Shown here: in pieces, positions 35,918-46,046 of the stretch
How positions within the stretch are numbered: position 1 is the first letter of the stretch
Layout of the letters: each line of letters starts with the position of its first letter
Assembly (NCBI GenBank): GCA_036495095.1
Contig: DASXNK010000107.1
Coordinates: 11,042-75,041 of the forward strand
Length of the DNA: 64,000 nucleotides
Source of the DNA: Candidatus Dormiibacterota bacterium
GTDB taxonomy: Bacteria > Chloroflexota > Dormibacteria > Aeolococcales > Aeolococcaceae
Direction of reading: 5' to 3'
The notes under the pieces: generated by a model
What the model saw: the letters and a program-made list of their open reading frames with translations, nothing else
The model's database searches: none
What the model was told of the DNA's origin: nothing
Translations under genes and position numbers: made by a program

Positions 35918-38900
35918 ATGATCCGCGAGCTCGTCGCGCTGAGCCTCAAGTTCCGCGTCCTCGTCGTCGGCGTGGCCGTCGTGGTCATGGGCGTCGGAGT
36001 GTTCCAGCTCCGCAGCGCGTCGGTGGACGCGCTCCCCGAGTTCGCGCCGCCCACGGTCACCGTGCAGGCCGAGGCGAGCGGCCTGTCCGCCGCCGAGGTG
36101 GAGCAGTACGTCACCACCGGCCTCGAGCAGGACCTGCTCAACGGGGTTCCCTGGCTCGATCACATGGAGTCGAACTCCTCGGCCGGGCTGGTGCGGGTCG
36201 ACCTCGTGTTCAAGCCCGGCACCGACCCGCTGAAGGCGCGGCAGGCGGTGCAGGAGCGCCTCACCCAGGCGTACGTGCTTCCCCAGGTCGGCACGCCGCC
36301 GACGATGCTCCAGCCGCTGTCCTCGACCAGCCGGGTGATGATGGTCGGCCTGTCGTCGAAGGACCTCTCCCTCACCGACCTGTCGGTCCTGGCGCGCTGG
36401 AAGATCAAGCCGCGGCTCACCGGCATCCCCGGGGTGGCCAACGTGAGCATCTGGGGCCAGCGCGACCGCCAGCTCCAGGTGCAGGTCGATCCGGACAAGC
36501 TCCGCCAGAACGGCGTGACCCTGAACCAGGTGATCAGCACCGCCGGCAACGCGCTGTTCGTGTCGCCGCTGAACTTCCTCCAGGCGTCGACGCCCGGGAC
36601 CGGCGGCTTCGTCGACACCTCCACCCAGCGGCTGGCGATCCAGCACGTGCTGCCCGTGACCACCGCCAAGAACCTCTCCTCGGTGACCATCGAGGACACC
36701 ACCGGCAAGTCGCTCACCCTCGGTGACGTGGCCTCCGTGGTCGAGGACCACCAGCCCTACCTGATCGGCGACGCGGTCCTGCACAACGGCCCCGGCCTGA
36801 GGCTGGTGATCCAGAAGTTCCCGGAGGCGAGCACCCAGCAGGTGACCAGGGGCGTGCAGGACGCCCTCGCCGCGCTCCGTCCCGGCCTGTCCGGCGTCGC
36901 CATCGACACCGGCGTCTACCAGGCGCAGTCGTTCGTCGACACCGCGCTCCACGACCTCGGCGTGGTCGGGCTGGTGAGCCTGGCCATGTTCGTGCTCGTG
37001 GTCGGGCTGCTCCTCCTCTCCTGGCGGCGGGCGGTGATCACCGTCACCGCCGCGCTGCTGTCCCTCGTGGCCGCCGCCTACGTGCTCTACCTGCGCGGCA
37101 GCACCTTCAACCTCATGGTGCTGGGTGGCCTGGCGATGGCCCTGGGCGTGGTCGTCGACGACGCCGTCGCCGAGCTCGGCGCGGTCCGCCGCAGGCTGCG
37201 CGAGCACCGTGCCTCGGGGGCCTCCACCTCCATCGCCACGGTCATCGCCGAGGCGTCGGGCGCGGTGCGCGGCCCGCTCCTCTACGGGACCCTGGTGGCC
37301 CTGCTGGTGCCGCTCCCGCTCCTCTTCCTCGACGGGGTGGCGGGGTCGTTCACCCGGCCGATCGTCCTCTCGTACGCGATCGCGGTGGCGGTCTCGACGG
37401 TGGTGGCGCTCGCGGTCACCCCCGCCCTGGCCTCGCTGCTGCTCGGCGGCGCGAGCGACGACCGGCCCGGCCCGGGGCTCCGCGCCGCCCACCGCGTCTT
37501 CGACGTCACCGTGGCGCGGCTCATCGGCCAGCCCCGCGCGGCCTACGCGATGGTCGCGCTGCTGCTCGCCGCCGGGCTGGCGGTGGTCCCGCAGCTCACC
37601 ACCCGCGCCGCGCTGCCCACCCCGCAGGACCGCAACGTGCTGGTTCGCTGGCAGGCCGTGCCCGGCACCTCGCTGGCCGAGATGGACCGGATCACCGGCG
37701 CCGCCTCCGCGGAGCTGCGCCACCTGTCCGGGGTGCGCGACGTCGGCGCCCACGTGGGCCGCGCGATCGCCTCCGACGAGGTCGTCGACGTCAACGCCGG
37801 CGAGATGTGGGTCAGCCTCAACGACACCGCCGACTACGACGCCACCCTGGCGGCGGTGCGCCGCGTCCTCCGCGGCTATCCCGGCCTGGCGAGCACGATC
37901 GAGTCGTACACGCAGGACCGTGTCGACGCCGTCACCGCCGACGCGGGGACGGGCAGCGACCTGGCGGTGCGGGTGTACGGCACCGACCTGGCCACGCTGA
38001 AGAGCACCGCGCAGGAGATGAGCCACCGGGTCGCCAGGGTGAACGGCGTGGTCCAGCCCAAGGTGCTGGAGCAGCCGGAGCAGCCCACCCTCGAGGTGAA
38101 GGTCGACCTCGACGCGGCCCAGAAGTACGGGATGGCCCCGGGCGACGTGCGCCGCGCCGCCTCCACCTTCTTCGCCGGCACCCTGGTCGGGAACCTGTAC
38201 CAGGACCAGCGGATCTTCGACGTGGTGGTGTGGAGCACGCCGTCGACGCGGTACGCCCCCGCCAACCTCGCCGATCTCATGGTCGACACCCCCGCCGGCC
38301 CGCAGGTGCGGCTCGGGGACGTCGCCAGTGTGAAGGTGGTGCCCTATCCGACCCAGCTCCTCCACGACGCCGACTCGCGCTACGTGGAGATCGACGCGCA
38401 GATCGGCGGCCGGGACACCGGCGCGGTGCTGAACGACGTGCGCCGCCAGGTGGCGGCGATGCCGATGCCGCTCGAGTATCACGCGGAGGTGTTCTCCCAG
38501 CTGGCCCAGCAGCAGGGCCAGGACCGGACCATGCTCGGCCTCGCCGCCGGCACCGCGATCGTCATCTTCCTGCTGCTGCAGGCGGCGTTCGGCAGCTGGC
38601 GGCTGGCGACGCTGGCCTCGCTGCTGCTGCCGCTGTCGCTGGTCGGCGGCATTGCGGGCAACCTCCTCGCCGGCGGTGAGCTCTCGCTCGCCGCGATGCT
38701 GGGCCTGGTCACGGTGCTGGGCCTGACGGCGCGCCACATCGTGGTGCTGGTCTGCGGGTACCTGGGTCTCGAGGCGGCGGAGGGATTCGTCGACCGCGGC
38801 GCCGCGGTGCGGCGTGTCACCCGCGACCGGGTCGGCCCCATCCTGCTCACCGCGGCCGCGACGGCGGCGGTGTTCGTCCCGGTGCTGGTGGCGGGAAGCC

Positions 38901-39106
38901 GCCCCGGCACCGAGGTCCTGTACCCGATGGCAGCCGTGGTCCTGGGTGGCCTGGTCAGCTCGACGCTGGTCGCCCTGGTGGTGGTGCCGTCGCTGTATCT
39001 GCGCTTCGCACCCGCGTTGACGCTGACCGGCAGGGGGACCAGTCGGGTCCGCCTGCGGCCGCGTGGCGAACGGGTCGTCACGAGCTCGCCAATGGGGGAA
39101 GGTTGA
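35918..39106 (+). CDS. RND efflux permease, CzcA/CusA (HME)-like, copy 1
   Basis: 1062 aa. N-terminal ALPEFAPPTVTVQAEASGLSAAEVEQYVTTGLEQ matches the heavy-metal-efflux RND family. 12-TM architecture with two large loops. Confidence 0.85.
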   Translation: MIRELVALSLKFRVLVVGVAVVVMGVGVFQLRSASVDALPEFAPPTVTVQAEASGLSAAEVEQYVTTGLEQDLLNGVPWLDHMESNSSAGLVRVDLVFKPGTDPLKARQAVQERLTQAYVLPQVGTPPTMLQPLSSTSRVMMVGLSSKDLSLTDLSVLARWKIKPRLTGIPGVANVSIWGQRDRQLQVQVDPDKLRQNGVTLNQVISTAGNALFVSPLNFLQASTPGTGGFVDTSTQRLAIQHVLPVTTAKNLSSVTIEDTTGKSLTLGDVASVVEDHQPYLIGDAVLHNGPGLRLVIQKFPEASTQQVTRGVQDALAALRPGLSGVAIDTGVYQAQSFVDTALHDLGVVGLVSLAMFVLVVGLLLLSWRRAVITVTAALLSLVAAAYVLYLRGSTFNLMVLGGLAMALGVVVDDAVAELGAVRRRLREHRASGASTSIATVIAEASGAVRGPLLYGTLVALLVPLPLLFLDGVAGSFTRPIVLSYAIAVAVSTVVALAVTPALASLLLGGASDDRPGPGLRAAHRVFDVTVARLIGQPRAAYAMVALLLAAGLAVVPQLTTRAALPTPQDRNVLVRWQAVPGTSLAEMDRITGAASAELRHLSGVRDVGAHVGRAIASDEVVDVNAGEMWVSLNDTADYDATLAAVRRVLRGYPGLASTIESYTQDRVDAVTADAGTGSDLAVRVYGTDLATLKSTAQEMSHRVARVNGVVQPKVLEQPEQPTLEVKVDLDAAQKYGMAPGDVRRAASTFFAGTLVGNLYQDQRIFDVVVWSTPSTRYAPANLADLMVDTPAGPQVRLGDVASVKVVPYPTQLLHDADSRYVEIDAQIGGRDTGAVLNDVRRQVAAMPMPLEYHAEVFSQLAQQQGQDRTMLGLAAGTAIVIFLLLQAAFGSWRLATLASLLLPLSLVGGIAGNLLAGGELSLAAMLGLVTVLGLTARHIVVLVCGYLGLEAAEGFVDRGAAVRRVTRDRVGPILLTAAATAAVFVPVLVAGSRPGTEVLYPMAAVVLGGLVSSTLVALVVVPSLYLRFAPALTLTGRGTSRVRLRPRGERVVTSSPMGEG

Positions 39107-39107
39107 G

Positions 39108-39581
39108 ATGCACCGCCGCAATCACTGGGTCGCCGCCGGTCTCATCGTCGTCGGCCTCGGCCTGACCGGGTGCGGCACGACCAAGGCTGACTACGGAGAG
39201 GCCGGCCAGGGGAGTCCCGCCGAGGTCGTGCCGGTGAAGGGCACCAGTCTCAACCGGGTGACCCTCACCTCCGATGCCGCCTCGAAGCTCGGCGTCCAGA
39301 CCGTGCCGGTGGCGGCCGCGGTCATGCCGGCGAGCACCGACGGCACCGCCGCCGCCCCGGAGACGACCGTCCCCGTCAACGCGGTGATCTACGACAAGGA
39401 CGGCAACACCTGGGTGTACACGGTCACGCAGTCGCTCACCTACCAGCGGCAGGCGGTCGGCATCGCCCGGGTCGACGGTGACACCGCGGTGCTGAAGTCC
39501 GGTCCCGCACCGGGGACCAGGGTCGTGACCGTGGGTGCCCAGGAGCTCCTCGGCGCCGAGCTGGGTGTCGCAGGGGAATGA
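39108..39581 (+). CDS. Lipoprotein resembling a truncated membrane-fusion (periplasmic adaptor) protein
   Basis: Lipobox LTGCGT. C-terminal beta-barrel/MP-like pattern (VPVNAVIYDKDGNTWVYTV ... GTRVVTVGAQELLGAEL). GGGGGAAGG RBS. Translationally coupled to RND-2 (ATGA). Confidence 0.5.
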   Translation: MHRRNHWVAAGLIVVGLGLTGCGTTKADYGEAGQGSPAEVVPVKGTSLNRVTLTSDAASKLGVQTVPVAAAVMPASTDGTAAAPETTVPVNAVIYDKDGNTWVYTVTQSLTYQRQAVGIARVDGDTAVLKSGPAPGTRVVTVGAQELLGAELGVAGE

Positions 39582-42500
39582 CCACGCCGGGGGGGAACCG
39601 CACGCTGATGCGGTTCATCGTCAGCACCAGTCTGCGGTTCCGCTTCCTGGTGGTCGCCGCCGCCACCGCCATGATGGTGGTGGGCATCCTCCAGATCCAG
39701 AACATGCGGGTCGACGTCTTCCCTGAGTTCGCGCCGCCGCGCGTCCAGATCCAGACGATCTGCCAGGGTCTGTCCACCGCGGATGTCGAGGCGCTGGTCA
39801 CCGTCCCGCTCGAGCAGGCCCTGAACGGGATCAAGGGCCTCGACGTGATGCGGTCCAAGTCGGTGCCCCAGCTCTCCGCCATCGACATGATCTTCAAGCA
39901 GGGCGCCGACGAGCTCCAGGCTCGCCAGCTCGTCCAGGAGAGGCTGTCGACGGTGGTGAGCAGCCTGCCCACCTGGGCGTCGCCCCCGGTGATGCTGGCG
40001 CCGCTCTCGGCGACCGCCCGGGTGATGCAGATCGGGATGACCTCCAAGGAGCACACCCAGGTCGCCATGTCGATGATGGCGTACTGGACGGTCAGGTCGC
40101 GGATGCTCGAGGTTCCCGGGGTGGCCAACGTGGCCATCTGGGGCGAGCAGCTGCAGATGCGCACCGTCCAGGTCAAGCCCGAGGAGATGCAGGCGAAGAA
40201 GGTGACCCTCGAGGCGGTCATGGAGGGGGTCTCGTCCTCGATCGACACCGGCCTGCTGCGGTTCTCCAGCGGCAACGTGATCGGCACCGGCGGCAACGTG
40301 GTGACCGCCGGCCAGTCGATCAACATCCGCCACGTCATCCCGATCGTCACCCCCGCGGACCTCGCCCGGATCACGGTGCAGAACACCGATGGCACCTCGG
40401 TCCCGATCAGCTCGGTGGCCGACGTCAAGGAGGACCACCAGCCCCTGATCGGCGACGCCATCGTGGGCGACAGCACCGGCCTGATGCTGGTGGTCGAGAA
40501 GCTGCCGTGGGCCGACACCGTCAGGGTCACCCAGGGCGTGGAGGAGGTGGTCCGGATGCTCCAGCCGGGCCTCCCCGGGATCACCTTCGACACCAGGATC
40601 TTCCAGCAGGCCGACTTCATCCAGACCTCGATCCACAACCTCACCCAGTCGCTGCTGCTGGGCTTCGCGCTGGTGGTCGCCATCCTCCTGCTCTTCCTCT
40701 TCGAGTGGCGGGTGGCGCTGATCAGCCTGCTGACCATCCCGCTGTCGCTGATGGCGGCGATGCTGGTGCTCTACCTGCGCGGTGACACGGTCAACACGAT
40801 GACCCTCGCCGGGCTGGTGATCGCCCTGGGGGCGGTGGTCGACGACGCCATCATCGACGTCGAGAACATCCTCCGACGCCTTCGCGAGGCCCGCCGCGGC
40901 GGCAGCGAGGTGTCGACCGGGCGGATCATCCTCGACGCCTCGCTCGAGGTGCGGAGCCCGATCGTCTACGCGACGATGATCATCGTCGCCGCGGCGATCC
41001 CGGTGTTCCTGCTCGGGGGGCTGACCGGGTCGTTCTTCCAGCCGCTCGCGGTCTCCTACACGCTGGCGATCGTCGCCTCGATGGCGGTGGCGCTGACGGT
41101 GACGCCGGCGCTCACCCTGATCCTGCTGAGCCGGACCCGGGTGGAGCGGCGCGAGTCGCCGGTCACCCGCTGGCTGCAGCGCCGGTACACGGCGATGCTG
41201 TCGCGCATCGTGGTGCGACCGCGCAGCGTCTACCTCGGCTTCCTCGCGGTGGTCGCGGCCGCGGTGCTGCTGCTCCCGCAGATGGGGTCGAGCTTCTTCC
41301 CCACCTTCAAGGAGCGCGACTTCCTGATCCACCTGCTCACCACCCCGGGCACCTCCGCCCAGGAGCAGGACCGGATCGTCATCGCCCTCGGCAAGGACCT
41401 GCGCAGGGTTCCCGGGGTGCTCAGCTTCGGCAGCCACATCGGCCAGGCGTACCAGGGCGAGGAGGTCGCGGGCGTCAACTTCGCCGAGAACTGGCTGAGG
41501 ATCGACCCCAACGCCGACCTCGACGCGACCCTTGCGGGGGTGCGCAAGGTCATCGCCAGGTACCCCGGCGTCTATCGCGACGTGATGACGTACCTCAACG
41601 AGCGGATCGAGGAGGTGCTCACCGGCGCCAAGGAGCCGATCATCGTCCGCGTCTACGGTCAGGACCTGCAGACCCTGCGCGACGAGGCGGCGCAGATCCA
41701 GCACCGGCTGGCGGGCATCAGGGGCATCGCCGACGACCACACCGACCTCCAGTTCGACACTCCCCAGATCCAGGTCGAGGTCGACCTCGCCAAGGCCGCC
41801 GCCTACGGGTTGAAGCCCGGTGACGTGCGCCGCGCCGCCTCCACCCTGGTCGCCGGCGAGGAGGTCGGCGACATCTTCCGCGACGGCAAGGCCTACGACA
41901 CCGTGGTGTGGAGCACCCCCGAGACCCGCTCGAGCGTGGCGAGCATCAGCGAGCTGCCGATCGACACCCCGTCGGGCAAGGCGGTGCGGCTCGGCGACGT
42001 CGCCACCGTGAAGGTCCAGCCCAATCCCAGCTCGATCGACCGTGAGAACGACTCCCGCAAGATCGACGTGGCCGCGTCCGTCAGCGGTCGTGACCTCGGC
42101 TCGGTGGTCGCCGACGTGCGCAAGGCCGTGGACAGCATGCAGCTGCCCCAGGGGTACAACGCCGAGGTGCTCGGCGAGTACACCGAGCGCCAGGGGGCGC
42201 AGGGTCAGATGCTCTGGGTGGGCCTCATCGCCGGCCTGGCGATCCTGCTCCTGCTGCAGACGTCATTCCGCAGCTGGCGGCTCGCCGTGCTCATCCTGAG
42301 CACCCTGCCGATGGCCCTGGTCGGCGGTGTCATCGGCGCCTACCTCGGCGGCGGCATCGTCTCGATCGGCTCGCTGGTCGGGTTCTTCACGGTCTTCGGG
42401 ATCGCCGCCCGCAACGGCATCCTGCTGATCAACCACTTCCAGCACCTCGAGGAGGTCGAGGGCGAGCCCTTCGGACCGGAGCTGGTGCTGCGCGGCGCCC

Positions 42501-42739
42501 GGGAGCGGCTCTCGCCGATCCTGATGACCTCGCTGGCGACGGGCCTCGCCGTTGTGCCCCTGGTGGTGCTCGGCGCCCGGCCCGGATACGAGATCGAGTA
42601 CCCGCTGGCGGTGGTCATCATCGGCGGGCTGCTGACCTCGACGCTGCTCAACCTGTTCCTGGTGCCCTCCCTCTACCTGCGTTTCGGCAGGCGCCGCGAG
42701 GGAAGCCCGCGGGGATGGCGACTGCGTCGCAATCCCTGA
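39578..42739 (+). CDS. RND efflux permease, CzcA/CusA (HME)-like, copy 2
   Basis: 1053 aa, paralogous to copy 1 (VFPEFAPPRVQIQTICQGLSTADVEALVTVPLEQ). Confidence 0.85.
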   Translation: MTTPGGNRTLMRFIVSTSLRFRFLVVAAATAMMVVGILQIQNMRVDVFPEFAPPRVQIQTICQGLSTADVEALVTVPLEQALNGIKGLDVMRSKSVPQLSAIDMIFKQGADELQARQLVQERLSTVVSSLPTWASPPVMLAPLSATARVMQIGMTSKEHTQVAMSMMAYWTVRSRMLEVPGVANVAIWGEQLQMRTVQVKPEEMQAKKVTLEAVMEGVSSSIDTGLLRFSSGNVIGTGGNVVTAGQSINIRHVIPIVTPADLARITVQNTDGTSVPISSVADVKEDHQPLIGDAIVGDSTGLMLVVEKLPWADTVRVTQGVEEVVRMLQPGLPGITFDTRIFQQADFIQTSIHNLTQSLLLGFALVVAILLLFLFEWRVALISLLTIPLSLMAAMLVLYLRGDTVNTMTLAGLVIALGAVVDDAIIDVENILRRLREARRGGSEVSTGRIILDASLEVRSPIVYATMIIVAAAIPVFLLGGLTGSFFQPLAVSYTLAIVASMAVALTVTPALTLILLSRTRVERRESPVTRWLQRRYTAMLSRIVVRPRSVYLGFLAVVAAAVLLLPQMGSSFFPTFKERDFLIHLLTTPGTSAQEQDRIVIALGKDLRRVPGVLSFGSHIGQAYQGEEVAGVNFAENWLRIDPNADLDATLAGVRKVIARYPGVYRDVMTYLNERIEEVLTGAKEPIIVRVYGQDLQTLRDEAAQIQHRLAGIRGIADDHTDLQFDTPQIQVEVDLAKAAAYGLKPGDVRRAASTLVAGEEVGDIFRDGKAYDTVVWSTPETRSSVASISELPIDTPSGKAVRLGDVATVKVQPNPSSIDRENDSRKIDVAASVSGRDLGSVVADVRKAVDSMQLPQGYNAEVLGEYTERQGAQGQMLWVGLIAGLAILLLLQTSFRSWRLAVLILSTLPMALVGGVIGAYLGGGIVSIGSLVGFFTVFGIAARNGILLINHFQHLEEVEGEPFGPELVLRGARERLSPILMTSLATGLAVVPLVVLGARPGYEIEYPLAVVIIGGLLTSTLLNLFLVPSLYLRFGRRREGSPRGWRLRRNP

Positions 42740-42765
42740 CAGACGACACCGTCATCGACCACAAG

Positions 42766-42814
42766 AGAACCCGCGGGGTCCCGTTCCATGAACGAGGCAC
42801 CGCGGGTTCTTTTC
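42766..42814 (+). terminator. Putative intrinsic terminator after the RND operon
   Basis: Perfect 11-bp stem AGAACCCGCGG / CCGCGGGTTCT with a ~23-nt loop, followed by TTTTC. Confidence 0.4.
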
Positions 42815-42863
42815 ATGAATCCCGGTCCGCCCGAATCGGTCAGGTTGGGAAGGGATCATTGCG

Positions 42864-43805
42864 ATGTTGCGTCTGCCCCAGGTCCGCCGCGCGTGGGCCG
42901 GTCCGCTGTTCCTCTCCGCGCTCGCGCTGACCACCTTCGTGCCCGCCGCGGCGTCCTCCACCCCGGCCCCGGCCGCCCCGGCGACGGCGCACCTCGCCAC
43001 CGACTGCGGGCAGCCGCTGAAGCTCGACCGCAGGGACTTCCCCAACAGCCCCAAGGTCACCAACAGATATCTCCCGCTGTCGCCGGGGATGCAGTACGTG
43101 CTCGACGGCGTCGTCCTCGACGACCTCGGCCAGCCGCACCCGCACCAGATCGTGACCACGGTGACCGACCTGACCAAGGTGATCGACGGGGTCCGGACCC
43201 TGGTGGTGTTCGACGAGGACATCCAGGACGGTGAGACCACCGAGTCGGAGATCTTCTTCGTCTCCCAGGACCACGACGGCACCGTCTGGACCTTCGGCGA
43301 GAACCCCGAGCTCTACGACAACGGCGTGCTCACCGGCGCGCCGAGCAGCTGGCTCTCCGGGGTGCAGGGCGCCCACGCGGGGATCGCCATGCTCGCCAAG
43401 CCGAAGGTCGGCACCAGGACCTACCTCCAGGGCCTGGCGCCGGCGGTCGACTTCAAGGACTGCGCCACGGTGTTCAGGACGGGCGAGAAGAACGTCTGCG
43501 TCCCGGCCGGCTGCTTCGGCAATGTGCTCGAGATCGACGAGTTCGCCCCCCTCGATCCCGCCGGCGGCCACCAGCGCAAGTTCTACGCGCCCGGCGTCGG
43601 CGTCGGCCTCATCCAGGTCACCGCCGCCGGCGGCGTCGACCCCGAGGCGCTCAAGCTGATCTCGTCGGAGCGGCTCTGCAAGGCCGACCTCGCCGGCATC
43701 CGCCAGCGGGCGCTCGACCAGGACACCCGCGCCTACACCACCGCCGCCGGGGTGTGGGCCGGCTCCCCGCACGCCAGGGACACCATCGACGCCAGGACCT
43801 GCTAG
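42864..43805 (+). CDS. Secreted hypothetical protein
   Basis: Signal-peptide-like N-terminus (LFLSALALTTFVPAAASS). 313 aa. No family recognised. Confidence 0.55.
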   Translation: MLRLPQVRRAWAGPLFLSALALTTFVPAAASSTPAPAAPATAHLATDCGQPLKLDRRDFPNSPKVTNRYLPLSPGMQYVLDGVVLDDLGQPHPHQIVTTVTDLTKVIDGVRTLVVFDEDIQDGETTESEIFFVSQDHDGTVWTFGENPELYDNGVLTGAPSSWLSGVQGAHAGIAMLAKPKVGTRTYLQGLAPAVDFKDCATVFRTGEKNVCVPAGCFGNVLEIDEFAPLDPAGGHQRKFYAPGVGVGLIQVTAAGGVDPEALKLISSERLCKADLAGIRQRALDQDTRAYTTAAGVWAGSPHARDTIDARTC

Positions 43806-44588
43806 TCAGAGGGCGAACCGCCCCTCGGCGGCGAGGACGACCCCGCCGGCCACCCGGAGATCGCCGGGCTCGGCGTGGACCCGGATCCGGCAGGGCCGGC
43901 CGATCTCGTCCCCCTGGCGGATCAGCAGGTCGGGCTCGAGGTCCCACAGCCGCCGTGCCAGCACCCCGATCGGCCCCGCCGCCGACCCGGTCCCCGGGTC
44001 CTCGGCGATGCCGGCGGCGCGGAAGAAGACCCGGACCTGCAGGGTGGTCGCGTCGAGGCGGTGGACCAGCCCGAGGGTGGTGGTGGCGTGGCGGTCGAGC
44101 AGCTCGCGGGCGGCCTCGGGATCGGGGCGGAGGGTGTCGAGCGGCGCGTCGACGGCGACCACCAGGTGGGCGTTGCCCGCCGCCGCGGCCCGCCAGGCAC
44201 CGAGGACGCGGTCGACGCCCAGCGCCTCGGGCACCCCGCCGTCGCCGGCCTCGGTCACCTCGGGGTCGGGCTGGGTCATCTCCGCGCCGCGCTCGTCGAC
44301 GGTGACCGGGATCGGGCCGCCGGCGGTGTGCTGGGTCCACCGGCCCGGGCCCATCACCCAGGCGGTCCCCAGGGTGGGATGGCCGGCGAAGGGCAGCTCG
44401 GTCCCCGGGGTGAAGATCCGCATCGAGTAGGTGCCCTCGCCCCGGTCGGTGACGAAGGTGGTCTCGCTGAGGTTCGTCTCCCGGGCGATCGCCTGCATGC
44501 GCTCCTCCGGGCAGGGGTCGAGCACGACGCAGAGCGCGTTGCCCGCCAGCGGCCGGTCGGTGAAGACGTCGACGACGCGGTATCGCAT
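43806..44588 (-). CDS. PhzF-family isomerase (phenazine biosynthesis-like protein)
   Basis: N-terminal MRYRVVDVFTDRPLAGNALCVV and ETTFV match the PhzF/DapF-fold family. Confidence 0.8.
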   Translation of the reverse strand: MRYRVVDVFTDRPLAGNALCVVLDPCPEERMQAIARETNLSETTFVTDRGEGTYSMRIFTPGTELPFAGHPTLGTAWVMGPGRWTQHTAGGPIPVTVDERGAEMTQPDPEVTEAGDGGVPEALGVDRVLGAWRAAAAGNAHLVVAVDAPLDTLRPDPEAARELLDRHATTTLGLVHRLDATTLQVRVFFRAAGIAEDPGTGSAAGPIGVLARRLWDLEPDLLIRQGDEIGRPCRIRVHAEPGDLRVAGGVVLAAEGRFAL

Positions 44589-44610
44589 CCGGCGATTGTG
44601 GCCGGAGGGC

Positions 44611-44976
44611 CTAGAGGCGGGCCGCGAGGACGGTGAGCATCCCGCTCGTCAGGCCGAGGAAGCTGCCGACGATCACCGCGTCCTCCCAGTGCGGGCAGCG
44701 CTCCTCGAGCCAGTCGAGCAGACGCTCCAGCCGGGGCGGGAAGACCCACTCGGCGGGTCGCTCCCCGAACAGGTGGGACAGGTCGCGCTCCTTGCCGTCG
44801 AATCGCGTCCAGATGCTAATGGCGGTATACCCTCTCGTCTCAGTTCTGCGGCGCTGCTCGCCCCTGGTCAGAGGACGACTAGGTGACAGCAGTCTACGCA
44901 GATGTCCTGACCAGGGCAAGGATTCGCCATTCGGCGGACAGGCGTTTAAGCTGTGGGGTCGACATGGACTGTCCAC
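44611..44976 (-). CDS. Uncertain ORF; only the 3' ~200 nt look coding (possible gene remnant)
   Basis: GC3 is ~100% across 44611-44810 but drops in the 5' half, which also contains a 13-bp hairpin. No in-frame canonical start near the coding-like part. Confidence 0.25.
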   Translation of the reverse strand: MDSPCRPHSLNACPPNGESLPWSGHLRRLLSPSRPLTRGEQRRRTETRGYTAISIWTRFDGKERDLSHLFGERPAEWVFPPRLERLLDWLEERCPHWEDAVIVGSFLGLTSGMLTVLAARL

Positions 44977-45040
44977 ATCGGGGATGTGCGCACACCCGTT
45001 CGACGGTGTCGTGAGACAGTGCGCGGCGCTGAACCCGCAG

Positions 45041-45312
45041 TCAGTCGGGGAGGTGGAACTCCAGGTGACCGGCGCCGCGGAGGTCGAGCCAGAGGCGCCG
45101 CGGCCCCCGGACCAGGCGGAGGACCACGGCCTCGCAGACCGGGCAGCGGAGCACCGCCCCGGGCCCGTCGGTGTAGGCGGCGAGGGCGGCGACGGGCGCG
45201 GTGGCCCCGCATCCGGCGCAGCGGCTGGTGGCCGCGGTGATCTCCAGGGCGAACAGCTCGCTGAGCTGTCCGGCCACCGCGTTGCCGTCGAGCGTGCGTG
45301 CCATCGGGGTCA
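45041..45312 (-). CDS. Small CxxC...CxxC protein (DUF6510-like)
   Basis: 90-aa protein MTPMARTLDGNAVAGQLSELF...CAGCG...CPVCE. AGGAGGA RBS upstream. Confidence 0.5.
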
Positions 45313-46046
45313 TCCTCCTGTGGCGCCGAAGCGCTCGGTCCGCACCCGGCCGGGGGGGTGGCCGAGCCCGGTGAGCAGGCTCGCCATCGATTCGACGAAC
45401 GCGGTCGGGCCGCACACGTAGGTGAGCGGCCGGGTCGAGAGCGGCAGCGCGAGCTCGGCGAGGGCGGCGGCGTCGTACCGCCCGGTCCGCCCCTCCCAGC
45501 CGGGCGGCGCCGAGCGGGTGAGGGTGTGCACCACCCGGGGCCCCTCCTCCCGCCGCGCGAGGGCGGCGAGCTCATCCCGGTAGATGATGTCGTCCGCGGT
45601 CCGCGAGGAGAGCAGGAGGATCGCCGGCGGCGGCGACGCCAGCCCGGCGCGGGCGCGGAGCATCGCCATCAGCGGCACCACCCCGGAGCCGCCGGCGAGC
45701 AGCTGGAGCGGCGAGGGATCGTCGGGGCACCAGACGAAGTGGCCGCCGATCGGCCCGCGCAGCTCGAGGCGGTCGCCGGGCATCGCCTCGTCGACCAGGT
45801 ACGGCGACACCTCGCCGTCGTCGAGGCGCTCGACGGTGAGGGTCACGGTGGGCTCCTCCGGGGCGGAGGCGATGGAGTAGCTGCGCTGGGCGGTGTAGCC
45901 GTCCTCGGCGGTGAGGCGGACGTCGACGTGCTGGCCGGCGCGGTGCCCGGGCCAGGCGCCGGCGTCGAGCACCAGGGAGCGCACCCGGGGGGTCTCCCAC
46001 CGGGCGCCGACCACGGTGGCGGCCTGCCAGGTCAGTCGCCCCAATA
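45310..46046 (-). CDS. FNR-like FAD/NAD(P)-binding oxidoreductase (ferredoxin-reductase-type)
   Basis: RSYSIAS (RxYS FAD motif), GGSGVVPLMAML (NAD motif) and a C-terminal CGP motif. TTG start overlaps the upstream gene. Confidence 0.65.

Noticed and set aside
44790-44815. tRNA-like T-loop resemblance (GTCGAATCGCG)
   Set aside because: There is no flanking GG/CC T-stem, no acceptor stem/CCA context, and the stretch lies in a minus-strand frame with ~100% GC3. It is not a tRNA.
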